This document shows positions 48,765 to 62,028 of a stretch of DNA of 64,000 bases, piece after piece. The notes under the pieces were generated by a model, which searched no databases, was not told the DNA's origin, and saw nothing but the letters and a program-made list of their open reading frames with translations. How positions within the stretch are numbered: the stretch's first letter is position 1; every line of letters starts with the position of its first letter. Position numbers and translations under genes: made by a program. Origin of the DNA: Balanoglossus misakiensis (taxonomy: Eukaryota; Animalia; Hemichordata); assembly GCA_040954595.2 (NCBI GenBank), contig CM082585.2:7217808-7281807 (forward strand). Direction: 5' to 3'.

Positions 48765-50741
48765 ATGAAGCTCTACCTGATTTCGCTGTTGGTCTTTTTC
48801 GGATACTTCACTCCAGGTAAGGCTGAGTTAATTCTTAGTCAGCAAGGATCGATTCTAAATAGATTCGAATTTTTGTTACACGTGTCGTTTTCTCTATTCA
48901 TTTCACATTTAGTTTGAGGCCTGCTTTCTACTTTCATTCAATGATGGTGTTGTTATTTTATTCGGTATTTGTCTGACCGACAGATCGTCATCAGGGTAAT
49001 ACATGTACATGGTAATACATGCATGAAAGGAAACAACAAGCCAATCACTCTAATGTGCAACTTATTTCCCTTTGATTACAGGCTGGGCAGCGTCCGTCTG
49101 TTACGGTGATCTGGGCTGCTTCACCAATGAGTACCCACACAATAATTCCTTACTTCTGCCCGAGGACCCGGCGGTCGTCAACGCCCAGTTCGGGCTGAAC
49201 ACCGTGGCGAACCCGGTCCAACGGCAAGTGATCGACAGGAACGACCCGCTGACCCTGCACGGTTCCAATTTTGACCAAACCAAGAAGACCAAGTTTCTGG
49301 TCCACGGCTGGGGAGGAAGCTGGAACAATCAGTGGGTCATTGACATGAAGAACGAGTTTATCAATTCTGTAAGTCAGTGTGTAGTGTCCGTGTTAAGTAT
49401 TGAAGACTCGTGCACTCAGCGAAATCTCCACAACCAGATCAGTGGGCTCGGGCCACGGTAGAGGGACCGTGCTCGCGATACAAACACTTTCAAGTCCGGA
49501 CTTGAAACTTCAGTCAGTGTTGGCATTCCGTTGATCTGCGATTGTTTCTCACCCTTTCCACAGGCGGAGGATCTGAATATCATCGCCGTCGATTGGGAAG
49601 GCGGCGCGGCTGGGAATTATGGGCAGTCTACCGCCAACACACAGATTGTTGGGGCCGAGATCGACGCCTTTATCAAATTTCTCGACGCTGAGTATGGCGA
49701 ATACAATCACAATATGGTGCAGTTGATTGGCCATAGTCTCGGTGCTCATTGCTGTGGCCATGCTGGGGAGAGAATGCCCGACATAAGTCGAATTACTGGT
49801 AGGTATAAACATTCATTCATTCGTTCGTTCGTTCATTCATTCATTAAGCCAGACATTATGGTAATAAATTCCGTCATCCTGACAGGTCTTGACCCCGCCG
49901 GTCCAAACTACGAGGGCGAACATCCTGACGCCCGACTTGACCCTGGTGACGCCATTTTCGTTGACGTCATCCACACCGATTGCAATATCGGGCCAAGTGG
50001 ACAGGGGATAAGAATTGAGGTATGTTGATCTATATTGCATTGACGAAGGACCGCGCCCTCATAGTTTATATTATTTGCACTGGAAGGCGAGATAGGACAA
50101 CCAAGCATGAGCGGGCTCGGCTACGATTTGTGCACCTCGTATTCAGAATGAATAATCGATTGATTGATGGTCACGATAGAGTTCTTGCTTGCATCAGTAC
50201 ATGAATTTTGCCTAAAATAATTTTTATGGTTTTTCAGTCTGGTCACGCGGACTTCTATCCAAATGGCGGCGAAAGTCAACCTGGGTGTCAAGAACCACTT
50301 GGTAAGTTGGGTTTTGGGGGTGAAAATCCACTTTGCAGGCTGCACGAGAAATCTCTAAAGGCCAAAAACTTAAAGAGCGGTAATTTTAGAGTGAATTGTG
50401 CGAAATCTATAGGTTTGGTTGAACATTTTATGACTTTAGCATGGTCACTCGAGCTCTATCGACATATTACGGGACTTGCCTCAAACGCGCGGTGTTTTTT
50501 GCTCTCGTTTTCTTGCACTGCAGGCGACACCTGCGACCACGACCGAGCCTACCAGTTCTACATCGAGTCCATCAACAGCGCCTGCAAGTTCCTGGCCTAC
50601 GGACCTTGTCAGACGTGGGATTGGGCGTCGTGCACCGCCTGCAACCCGGTGTGCAATTACATGGGCCACCACGCCACTCCCTCCAGTCTCGGCACCTTTT
50701 ATCTAGACACCAACGCCGCACCGCCGTACTGCATTGCCTAG
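48765..50741 (+). CDS. Lipase L6: pancreatic lipase-related, no PLAT domain
   Basis: Signal MKLYLISLLVFFGYFTPG; [41 protein letters not shown]; ends PPYCIA*. Confidence 0.9.
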
Positions 50742-51801
50742 CCTGAGGGAGCAAATTCTCACGAGGATTCAAAGTGTGTGTATTTACCTGATAGGTGTTT
50801 AATCGGACCCAGCAATGATTCGAAAATGTGACCCAGTTTCAATAAAGATACTATTATATCCCGTTTCTGGCTGTGATATTTTTACCATGGGCGTGCAGTT
50901 TACTCTAAGCACCACTTGCATGTCGAGAATGTTTAGTGACTGTACCATGGACGGACTTAGTCCCCACCCCTTCACTGTGTGTGACAGTTTTGAGACTGGT
51001 AAGAACCTCTGGCCCCACTCCAATCACAAGATACGCTCTGAACATGTATGGCGACACCAGCGTCCAAAATAACGAAGTTATCACTATATTATCCTGATAA
51101 TATATTGGCACGTGTTGAATTCTCATTCCTGTCAATTAAGGCAATTCGTGTCTCGTGACAGCCGATGAGAGATTGGTCAATTATGAGAAACTTTATCGTT
51201 GTTATTTATCGGATCCGGTTATTGCCTCTCTGTGAGCCTGTTTTGTGTTGACCCTTGATAAGCAGTCCGCCTGTGTTTCATACATAACCGCCCTTTGCCC
51301 AAATCTCAAATGTCTCCAGACAGACTTTGTGATTAAAACCATTATGTCGGCAGTTGTATGTATTTGCATGTTATGATCACTGGCACATTTTGTTTACGAG
51401 CTGACCGGATGGATCTGACAGGTCAAGTTAATGTGCATATTGCTAGTGCCGCATCTGTTGTTTGTACGTCGTCGATTGTGCACCAATCAGCTGCGAGGTC
51501 GCGCTTGTGCAGTCTATTCAATTCAGTTGCCTTTTGTTTGAACTTTGAGCACTTTCTGTTGAGAGTTACGAAATAAATTGCATGTGTCTGTTGGATCAAT
51601 GGGGCGTGCGAATGCTTTAACTTATTCGTCTTACTAACCTTATTGCTGGTGTCGGCAAGGTATGTTTTGAAAGCAACGACAAAAGCTGATATGTGTTATC
51701 GCTGACATGATCTGTGAAATGGTGCCATCTTGTAGTCTTAAGAAACTCGCACGGTTATTAGCAGCAAGGCATCAAAATAAGTTGTTTTACTCGAGGACAA
51801 G

Positions 51802-53747
51802 ATGGCCGCACGGATGCAAGTTCGCCTCTTGCTGCTGCTGACACTTTTTTATGGGGGTAAGTCACACAATGCGTTTATTGCCTTGTATGTTACCATGGCT
51901 ATTAACATGCTAAGAATGAGCAAATCTATAAACGCTTTATTGCTATGGGAAACCAAACGAGGCAGTTGGCTGAAACGTTCAGCTTGGTTTATTTCTGTTC
52001 ACCAGTTTTTGGCGAGGAGGTCTGCTACGGCGACTTGGGGTGCTTTTCGAACGAGCCGCCGTACGACAACACTCCCCCGGCCGCCTTCCCTCCGGACCCG
52101 CCCGAGGTGCAGGACATCACGTACCACCTCCTGACGCGACAGAACAGACAGGTCACGCAAACCATAGCCAGAAATGACGCGAACGGCTTGCTGCAGTCTA
52201 ACTTCGACCCTTCGAAACCGACGAAGATGTACATCCACGGATGGAACGCGCAGGGAAAGCGAGGCTTCTGCAACGACTTGGCTCGAGAATTTCTCACCAG
52301 GGTAATCCAGAAATATAATTGTGGAGAATACGTGATTTAGTTTCTATTTCTGCAATACACTTTTTGAGAAAACAGCCTGTGAGACGCGTGACTATGATTT
52401 CAGATCATCAGATTTGATAGGACTATATCTGACACGAAAGACGAGACTTATACCATAGCGGTATTCATTTTTACAAACTGCACACTGGTATTTCCAACAT
52501 CGGCCATGTTTGTTCGTCTGTCTGTCTCTTATTTGCTGCTTGCTCTTTTCTCTCGCACAGGATGACGTCAACGCTTTCTCGGTCGACTGGGCAGCAGGCG
52601 CGAGCGGGATATTCTACTTCCCCGCCGCGGAGAACTCCAGAGTAGCAGGCGCCGATGTGGCCGCGTTCCTCCAGTTTCTCCACAACGTCACCGGAGCTTC
52701 ATACGCAGATATGCATCTTTTAGGTTACAGCCTTGGAGCCCAGGTGGCAGGATATGCCGGGCAAAGAACACCTGGTCTGGGTCGTATCACAGGCACGTAC
52801 GCTATCCACGTCTTTCTTCACCTCTGCCCCTGTAGGTCTCTGTCTGTGTGTCAGTCAGTCTGTCTGTCTGCCTGTCTGTCTGCCTGTCCAACGCTCCCAC
52901 TGCTCAAGACAAAATATGACTGCTTAAAACGACAATTGCACACCGATAAAATGGTGATGGTTGTACTGTAATGTACAGTGTATTCAAATGACACTAGTAT
53001 CTAAACTTTCACTTTTGACGTAGGTCTCGATCCGGCCCAGCCCTATTTTGAGTACAAGGATCCAGCGGTTCGACTCGATCCCAGTGACGCTAACTTTGTT
53101 GACGTCATCCACACAGACGGGAATACTGTCCTGACTCTGGGTTTCGGTTTATTCCAACCGGTAAGTACCAACAAGAAAACCAAAACAAAACAAACAATCC
53201 ACACAATTACTATGGAGGTGAAAATGCATAGATATGAAGACAACTGTGCCTTTAAAAGAAAAAACTGAAATTCTATAGTAAAATATTGTCATAATTTCAG
53301 AAAAAAACTAAACTAGTATTGTTTTGTTCTGTTTCTGTCCAGAGTGGACACATCGATTTTTATCCCAACGGCGGAAAGAAGCAACCCGGATGTGAAACTT
53401 TCAACAACACCGATGGCCAATGTGAGTGAATAGGGGCTCAGAACTTATATTGTAAGGCAAAACAAATTCTACCGTGACAAAACTATCACTTCTCTCATTC
53501 CTCAGATCACCTCTCAACCGGCTGCGATCACGGTAGAGCGCCGGGTTATTTCTTCGAATCAATCAACAGTGACTGTGAATTCAAGGCCTACCCCTGTGGA
53601 CTCTGGGACATTGACTACGACCCGTCCAAGTGTAACTACTGTCTCCAAGGCGACTGTGCTGTCATGGGTTACGACGCGGACAAAAGTGGTCTGCGCGGTT
53701 CCTTCTACTTAGAGACAAACTCCGCTTCTCCGTATTGTAAAAAGTAA
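51802..53747 (+). CDS. Lipase L7: pancreatic lipase-related, no PLAT domain
   Basis: Signal [18 protein letters not shown]; [56 protein letters not shown]; ends SPYCKK*. Confidence 0.9.
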
Positions 53748-54149
53748 TGAATGATAACTGAATAAAGAGAATACTAAATAATAAATGACGTCATTGATTT
53801 TAACTGGCAAAAGCCTGGGCCAATCTTCGTAACTTTTTGCCATTTTTACAATATTTGTTCCCTGCATAAACCACAGTTTCCTACTGAATATGGAACGGTC
53901 TATCATATTTCTCAGGACTACGCAATTTAGCGCCTGTTTGGTTTTACAATGTGTCTCTCCTATCTCTGGGGTTTCCCCGCCCATTTCTATTTTCTCACGC
54001 GTACGCTCGTTGGGCGTGTCACGTGAACAAACCACAGATGTCCCATCAACAAAGATATCTTAAGAAGGAAGTCCGGATTAATTTGGATTAAAGAAGTAAT
54101 AAATATGGGAAAACGGTGATTCTAGTATTATTGGCCTTTTTTCTTCAAG

Positions 54150-56141
54150 ATGGGCATTTCTAGGACTTTATTATGGGTGTTTGTCAGCAGTTTCACTTGT
54201 GGTAAGTATTTATTTCTTAGATATTTCGACGGCGTCTTTGGCCAATTTGAAACATGTCTGTTAGCCGTGTGCTGAAACTTATTATAGGAAAGACGTCTTG
54301 TTCAAAACGGTGTACAACCATGAAATGTTATTATTTCCCTTTCGTGAAATTTAGCTTACCTTTACTTCTAATATTTCCTAAGCTTTGGCGGCTCAAATCT
54401 GCTATGACGATTTGGGTTGTTTCACTGACCAACCACCCTACGACAACACTGGTAGTTTCCCGCCTGACTCGCCGGACGATATCGACGTCGAGTACCTGTT
54501 GTACACACGAAGTAACCGCTTCGTGCCCTACATCTTGACCCGAAAGGACGCCCAAGCCCTGCTCCAGTCCACCTTTGACCCAGCCAAACCGACCAAGTTT
54601 ACCATTCACGGTTTCAACGGAGATGGATACACCGGTTGGCCGCGAACGGTGGCACAGGCGATGGTCCAACTGGTGAGAGCAGTGCTCCTAATTTTGTTTT
54701 TCGCGGGTTGTATCCTTTCGAACACTGCAACCTGCAACTGTAACCACAGTGTCTTGTTGAACTAGTAAGATAACAACTGCCGTTTATCCCCACCCCCACC
54801 CCCATCCCACCATTTTGTTCATGTCTTTTACCAGGAGGATGTTAATGCCATCTCTGTGAACTGGAGAAAGGGGGCGTTCGGCGTCCAGTACTGGCAGTGC
54901 GCTGAAAATACCCGAGTCGTCGGTGCTGACCTGGCTGTGTTCATGACACTTCTGCACGACTGGACCGGGACTTCTTACCAAGACATGCATATTATCGGCC
55001 ACAGTTTGGGTGCACACGTCGCCGGGTACGCTGGGGAGAGAACTCCGGCTTTGGGACGAATTACTGGTGAGAGCGGTCATTGCATATGGCCTAAGAGTGG
55101 CCATATTTGTATTATGTTAGTGACAAAACTCCCATTTTTTTTATGGAAAATGCTGAGTTGTGTCTATGATATGAAAATAAGCGCTGTTCATAACAATACA
55201 GCCTAAATCATACAAAATGTAATTTGACAATGCATGATATCTGTCGTCCTAGGTCTTGACCCCGCACAGCCGTACTTCGAATATAAAGACCCACTGGTCC
55301 GCCTCGATGCAGACGATGCTGAACTGGTTGACGTCATTCACTCCGATGGCAACAGCATTCTCACCCTCGGGTTCGGTATCTTCCAACCGGTACGTCATCA
55401 TTTCCCATCATGCTCCACGACTGAAATTTGACGCTCACACAGAACGACGCGAAATTCATTTACGGTATAAAGTCTTATTTCAGGGAAATCGCAAAAATCA
55501 TGACATTTATCAATAATGTGTATGTCACTATACTATTTGTTTTTTTTTTGTTTCTCTTGGTGTGTAGGTTGGTGACATTGATTTTTATCCCAACGGCGGC
55601 ATGACGCAGCCCGGTTGCGCTGACGACGAAAACACAACAAGTGAGAATAATTTCAACTCTAATTAGTACAATCTACCTTCTTTGAAATGATATTCAAAGA
55701 TCGATGAAAATTCACAAAAGATACGATCAAATTAAATTCATTGGAGGCCGTTGCAGCAGCGTCAATGACATAAGCAACAAAAGACAAGTCTTGCATCGTT
55801 ATAAATACATGTATGTTGATAATATCAAAATATTCCCAAGAATGAGAAATGCGCGTGAACTGACTGGTCGTTTATAACACCGTTCGTCCGTTTGCGTTTC
55901 AGTCGATCTCAGCTGTGATCACAGCCGCTCCCACGAATTCTTCCTGGACTCTGTCGTCAACAATAACTGCCCCTACACGGCGTATCCCTGCACACTGTGG
56001 GAAATCGACAACGACCCATCCGCCTGCAACTACTGTCCGTTCGGCAAGTGCGCCTACATGGGATACGACGCCGACAAAAGCAACGCTCGAGGGATTTTCT
56101 ACCTGGAAACCTTCAGCGAGGCGCCGTATTGCATTAACTAA
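54150..56141 (+). CDS. Lipase L8: pancreatic lipase-related, no PLAT domain
   Basis: Signal MGISRTLLWVFVSSFTC; [47 protein letters not shown]; ends APYCIN*. Confidence 0.9.
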
Positions 56142-56399
56142 GTGTGGTCGCATAGTTTGTGAAGGATTTTCATATTTAAGATGGCTGTCTACTTTTGAAA
56201 GCATCAGGTTGTTTATTTCAATAAAATATAGAATTTTAATACGACTTAGTGTCTGTTTGGTCGCTTTATTCCTTATAGATGTAATCATACAATATAAACC
56301 ATGTTACATAAGGGATACGCTGAGAAGGAAGTTATTATCTCATATCTGAATTTATCATCAGTGGACAGAGGCTTCTGGTATTAAACATCATTGGGAATC

Positions 56400-58243
56400 A
56401 TGCTGTGTACACTTCTTCTCCTTGTCGGTTTATCAAGTAACTTTGGTAAGTTTTTATTTTTTCATTCGAATTTAAATTCTAAACGTTTAGTGTTATTCTA
56501 TCTTCTTCGTGTCTATTTCCATATTCGTTGAAAACATGGAACGTGTTATGCTGCATATCAGTTTTTGTTGGCAGTGTCTAACTCGCCAAAATTAATTTAC
56601 AGTCCTTGCTGACGAAGTATGCTACGACGATCTCGGCTGTTTCACGGACGACCCGCCGTACGACAACACTGGTAGCTTCCCGCCAAAGTCGCCTGAAGAG
56701 ATCAGCATCGAGTATCTGTTGTTGACTCGAAGCAACCGGTTTCTGCCATCTGTCATCAGAAGAAACGACACCAATGCGCTGTTGCGGTCGAACTTCGATC
56801 CCACTAAACCGACCAAATTCACTATACATGGCTACAACAGTAATGGCGTCACTGGTTGGTCGTTCGAGGCCGCAAGAGCTCTTGTTGCAAGGGTACGAAT
56901 CCTTTTCTGTTATATGTGTCGTCGTCGTTTAAGGAGTTTTCCAAACGTTTTTTTTGCCCAATGACATATATGTGAGTCTTTCATTTCAATAGGCAATGGG
57001 CCAATATAGCGCTTAATAGTGTTAACTAGATTCTGTGTGAAATTTTGTTTGATTTTTCCATCTTTCATGATTCTGTGTTGAGTACCTATCGAAACGCCTG
57101 CGCTCTATTACAAAAAGCATTGAACGTTTCACCTACAGGAAGATGCAAACGCCTTTTCAGTAAACTGGAGGGGCGGCGCGTTCGGCCTCTACTGGCAGTG
57201 TGCCGAAAACGCCCGAGTGGCGGGCGCCGAAGTGGCCGCTTTCTTGAAGTTCCTGCGGGACCAAACAGGCGCTTCGTACAAGGACATGCATATCATCGGA
57301 CACAGTCTGGGCGCCCATGTTGCCGGGTACGCGGGCGAGAGGACGCCTGGACTTGGCCGTATCACAGGTAATACTATGCACGGGTACTTTTTTCGGTGTT
57401 GGTGATGGCTCCGCGTGTTCCCGAACTAGTTATCAGTTCTCTCCTTGTTTTCAGGTTCAGATGCAGCCGAGCCGTATTTCGAATACAAAGATCCGCTGGT
57501 GCGACTCGACCCCAGTGATGCTGATTTTGTTGACGTCATTCACACGGATGGCAACAGTGCCCTCACACTCGGCCTTGGGGTCTTCCAGCCGGTAAATTAT
57601 CACTTGTTCTTGTAATGACAAAATTTTTTTGCGTCTGGCGTTATTAGACTGACTTCTGGCGTTATTAGAAACGTGACTTACATGTATGTTAGTCATGTGA
57701 CAAAGTTAAGTGCTGTGGTGGTTTAAAGGCACCCCCGAACCTAACTTATTATCAGCATGACGCCCCATGACGCAAACCTGTTAGAGTAACTTCTTGCCTC
57801 TTTTTTGTTCTCTCACAGATCGGTGATGTCGATTTTTATCCAAATGGTGGCAAAAGACAGCCAGGATGCGCTGAAAACCGGACTGTCCCGAGTAAGATTG
57901 CCCTCTATAGTCGCCAAGTAATGAAAATAACTAGGTCGGTGCTCTACGTTCTGAATTCGAATAATAATAATGACAATGTTTTTGTATGATTTATTTTAAA
58001 TCTACAGTCGAAATCAACTGTGACCACAGTCGCTCGCATCAGTACTTGATTGAGTCCATCGTCGGCGACTGTCCGTTCTTGGCGTATCCTTGCACCTTGT
58101 GGGAAGTTGAGAACGACCCGTCGGCCTGCAATTACTGTCCGTTCGGCCAGTGTTCTTACATGGGCTATGACGCAGACAAGAGCGACGCCAGAGGTGTCTT
58201 TTACCTGGAAACCAACAGCGAGGCGCCGTTTTGTTTGAAATAA
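56400..58243 (+). CDS. Lipase L9: pancreatic lipase-related, no PLAT domain
   Basis: Signal MLCTLLLLVGLSSNF; VCYDDLGCF, TIHGY, GHSLG, GSDAAEP (catalytic Asp kept), [21 protein letters not shown]; ends APFCLK*. Confidence 0.9.
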
Positions 58244-60743
58244 CCACTTAATTCATTATCCGGAGCCTTCATATGTTCTGTTTACCTTCAAATGTAATAA
58301 ATAATTCAGGCGACCGGTGGTTCAGTAATTGGGTCTCCTAAAAATTAATTCAATTTCGCGTTCTGTGCTTCTCTCGCGCTCCGTCTCTATGGCAACGTGG
58401 TGATCCGCAACCATCCAACATGGAGGACAGTGAACCACAGGAACAAAAAGCCCGGGGGGTCAGTTTGCCAGTCATATCCGCATCACTTTTGACAGAAGCA
58501 CAGGTCCGGGATGTGAACGTTCTATAATTTGAAACTCGCCCGAAGCGAATCACTGCTAACCCAGTCAATGTAAAGGTTAATCGACTAATATTTGTTCAAC
58601 AAAAATAATCCGTGTATATATTGCCGAGGTGACTCGGCCTATGAATTTCTCATTTTGCCCCCGTAATGGGATTCTCTAGTAGTACAGTTAAAAATGAAAA
58701 CGCGTTCGTGTTGAACTTCGATTGAAATGAATCGTAGGGGATTGGTAATACATGTACATTAAGATCGCGGGCTGGCCGTGATCTCTCTCATCTCACCGCG
58801 GTCATGGCGTGATTCAGTAAATTCTTCCTTTTCATCTAATCAAGCTGAGACGGCACGTCTCCAAAAGCTTATGCTAAACACATTTTTAGATGTTCTTATC
58901 GTTCCGCATCTTGCCTCTTTTTATATATTACGTTCCTTATCCATTGTCGTCCAATGCAAACTGCAGGTGTTCGCATGAAAAGAGGGCCGATACGGATGTA
59001 ACTTTGTTCAAAAAAAATAATCCTTATCATAATTGGTGTTCAGCTCTGAAAGGCTCGTTGGGATTCTGTATATTCCATTCGCCAAGACATTCTGTACACG
59101 TGCGACACACATTGCTACTTGCCGATAATTGAATGTTAAGTCGTCTCCGGACTTCAACGTGAAATGGTGGCTGGTTAAATATTTAAGAAGGTGGTTTGTA
59201 TGAAGATTGTGATTCAAGGGTAGAACAAGAAACCGCATTGGACGCGTACAAGAGACATTCTAAAATGGACAGACAACGTTACTTTGACGTGACATCCCCT
59301 TGCACGCGGTCGGGCAGACTGCATATTACATGTATATCGTATAACAACGCAAACGAGTCACATCCCTTTGCGGGGATATTTCCCCCTGGGCTGTGTTACC
59401 TATTCACCACTCTCCCATAAACCAAAAACATTATTTAATAAAACGCGTGGTTTATCTTTTTTTACCTATTCTAATCCGCTGATCGCGTTTTTATCACCGA
59501 AATAAACGCAGTATGTCTGGCAGGTTTATGGACTATTCGAATCTTATATTCTTACCACACACACCGTGAATTAGAAATTATTCCGCTAACACAAAGAGGC
59601 CGCCGGATTTTTAGACAGTACAAATTGCCTGCCCTATAAAGGTTTCTGTGTATATGCCCTGTCGTGCCACGACCTCCCATCAAGCAACTGTCAGTTATCC
59701 GACAAAAAAAAAGAATTGTGGTTTTATTTATATTTCTGCGGTAATACCCTAGCCCCAGTTCCAGGGATGGATTGTTCATCTGAGGTTGAAGCGAGTTCCA
59801 CTTTCTCGTGAGGCCATGTACCGTAAATCCAACGAGACAGACTGACATTTGTCTCCGTGTTAAATGTTTAATCTGCGTTCAAACTGCAGGTTTACGTGAC
59901 GTGTGTCACAATCGCACATCCATACCGAAGGAAGTCCGCTGTGCGCACGCGTCATGCGGAGAGGCCGAGAGCAGTGTGACTGGTCCAAATCTGTGTTTTT
60001 GGGCCATTCTTCGCTTTCCAAATACTGAACGTTTACCAGCTTCTTCAGCAAATTAATCAGCTTGATAAATATTTAAAGAAAACAGTAAAGGTCACACAAT
60101 GATATATTCATTGTCAACAAATACTAGTGCGCAAACGAAAGACCGAAATTTGTGTAGCTCTTTAATTTAGTATTGTATGCCAGAGTAATGTATCATGGGA
60201 GAGTCTATACGCACTGTGGACAGGTAGCTAGTCGGCACAACCACGCGTTTTAATCAAGTCTGCACGACAACCAGAGCTTTTAATCAAGCTGAAATCGTAA
60301 ATTATCATCCATCAACTTGCTTCGAGGAAAAGTCTGGAACGAGAGCTTCAGCATGGCGATCCGGTAAAAACAGCTCGTTGTCGTATTCTTGCGTGTTTGG
60401 CATAGAGCATAATGCAAGGTCGGTGACCATGGTCGCGGTGCAATTATATATGGACTTTTACTTTAAATCCGCCAATATTGCAATCCTGTTCAAATACAGC
60501 CCTATAGGTGCAACGCGCAGCTGATGTATAAGCTGGTGGATTAATATCTGACAAACAAATCCATGACATTTAAATATGATGTTGCTACATGTGAAAGAAG
60601 AATTTTGAACTCGTTATGTCGGGGATAAAAAGATGATAAACAGCATTTATTTCTTTTCGGTTTCAAAAGATCACATAAAAGATGGAAAAAAAGCGGCCCA
60701 GAACTATTTTCCGGCTGGTGACGAACACTTTCGCTCTCTTTTT

Positions 60744-60786
60744 CTGTACTGCACTGTACTGTACTGTACTGTACTGTACTGTACTG
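60744..60786. repeat. (CTGTA)n pentanucleotide microsatellite
   Basis: Directly visible. Confidence 0.9.
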
Positions 60787-61348
60787 GTCAAAAGACTACA
60801 CGTACACCTGACAAAGTTGTGAAATGCTGTATGTTTCACAGAACTCTCCGACAACTGATAATATGCGATACATTCTCTACGCTAATACATGGAGATTTCA
60901 CCATCAACAGCAACAGTCAAACTTCCGACAGCTTGTCATATTTTTTGAAAATGTATCAGTTATACAAAGATGGTTAACTATTAATCGCCTTTTTCGATGT
61001 CGTGCTTGTCCCAAGGAATATCGATATCATAAGGTTTAAATTACTCTGTGTAGTTGCTCAACAGTTTTCAGTATAAATCTGAAACTGATCCGTTAACTGA
61101 CCCCTGTATTGCTCTGACAGCTGTCGCTTGATGGTTTTTTAATCGCTTCAAAAAGTGGCACTGACACCGGCGTCTGCGGTCGCCATGGCGACGGTGATGA
61201 GGATGCGACTGTGTTAGCAACAATGGCGATGGTCGTCAATCGTCTGTGAATGCGGCGGGAGTGGCCGCGTCAGCGTGACGGCTACAAATTGACGGCAATT
61301 ATGAAGACAGCCGTGACAGATGTCGCTCTTATTTGTAAAGTATGCGAT

Positions 61349-61367
61349 CACCACCACCACCACCACC

Positions 61368-61414
<47 letters not shown>
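61349..61414. repeat. (CAC)n(CAT)n microsatellite
   Basis: Directly visible. Confidence 0.95.
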
Positions 61415-62028
61415 TGCTGTGGCTGTAATCATTCACACACAATTATAGGGCACGCACCGTTTACCTGAAGCGCTATAAGCATACCGACCACACCTTCAAA
61501 AACAGACGGATATTACTATCTCCCCTGCCGTCACAGTAGAGGATTGTAAGTGCACTTCTATGGATACAATTCTCAGGTTTTGAAATGTTCAGCAGTTGCA
61601 TTTGAGCGCCTGCTTTCGGTGAGGTAATAACACAGTTGAAAGTTTAAATACTGATTTTTTTTCTTGGCTGGAGGTCTCGTTCGTCTGAGCTGAACAACTT
61701 TCATAGCACTAAATGGCGCCATCTTGCAAACTTGGTGTGGTACTGTTATACCATAGACCAGATATTCTTGCTTGTTATCTTGCCAATATTTCGGAGCTAA
61801 TGTCAACTTTGCAATTTTTATCCAATCAGTGTTTCCAAGCTCAAGACAGTTCCGTTGTTTGGTCATCATAATTCTCCAATTCCGCTTAATTATTAATCAT
61901 CGATAAGAGAAGAGATTCTTATAATGTGTACATTTAGTACAAGCTTTCTTATTCTATACATAAAGTCTTCATTTTGCGTCTTTCTGTCGTCGATCAGAAA
62001 CTCGAAAAGTTTAGTTTTTTTTCGATCA

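Noticed and set aside
57455-57480. L9 GSDAAEP as a sign of a pseudogene
   Set aside because: The catalytic Asp is retained and I found no stop or frameshift in the exons.
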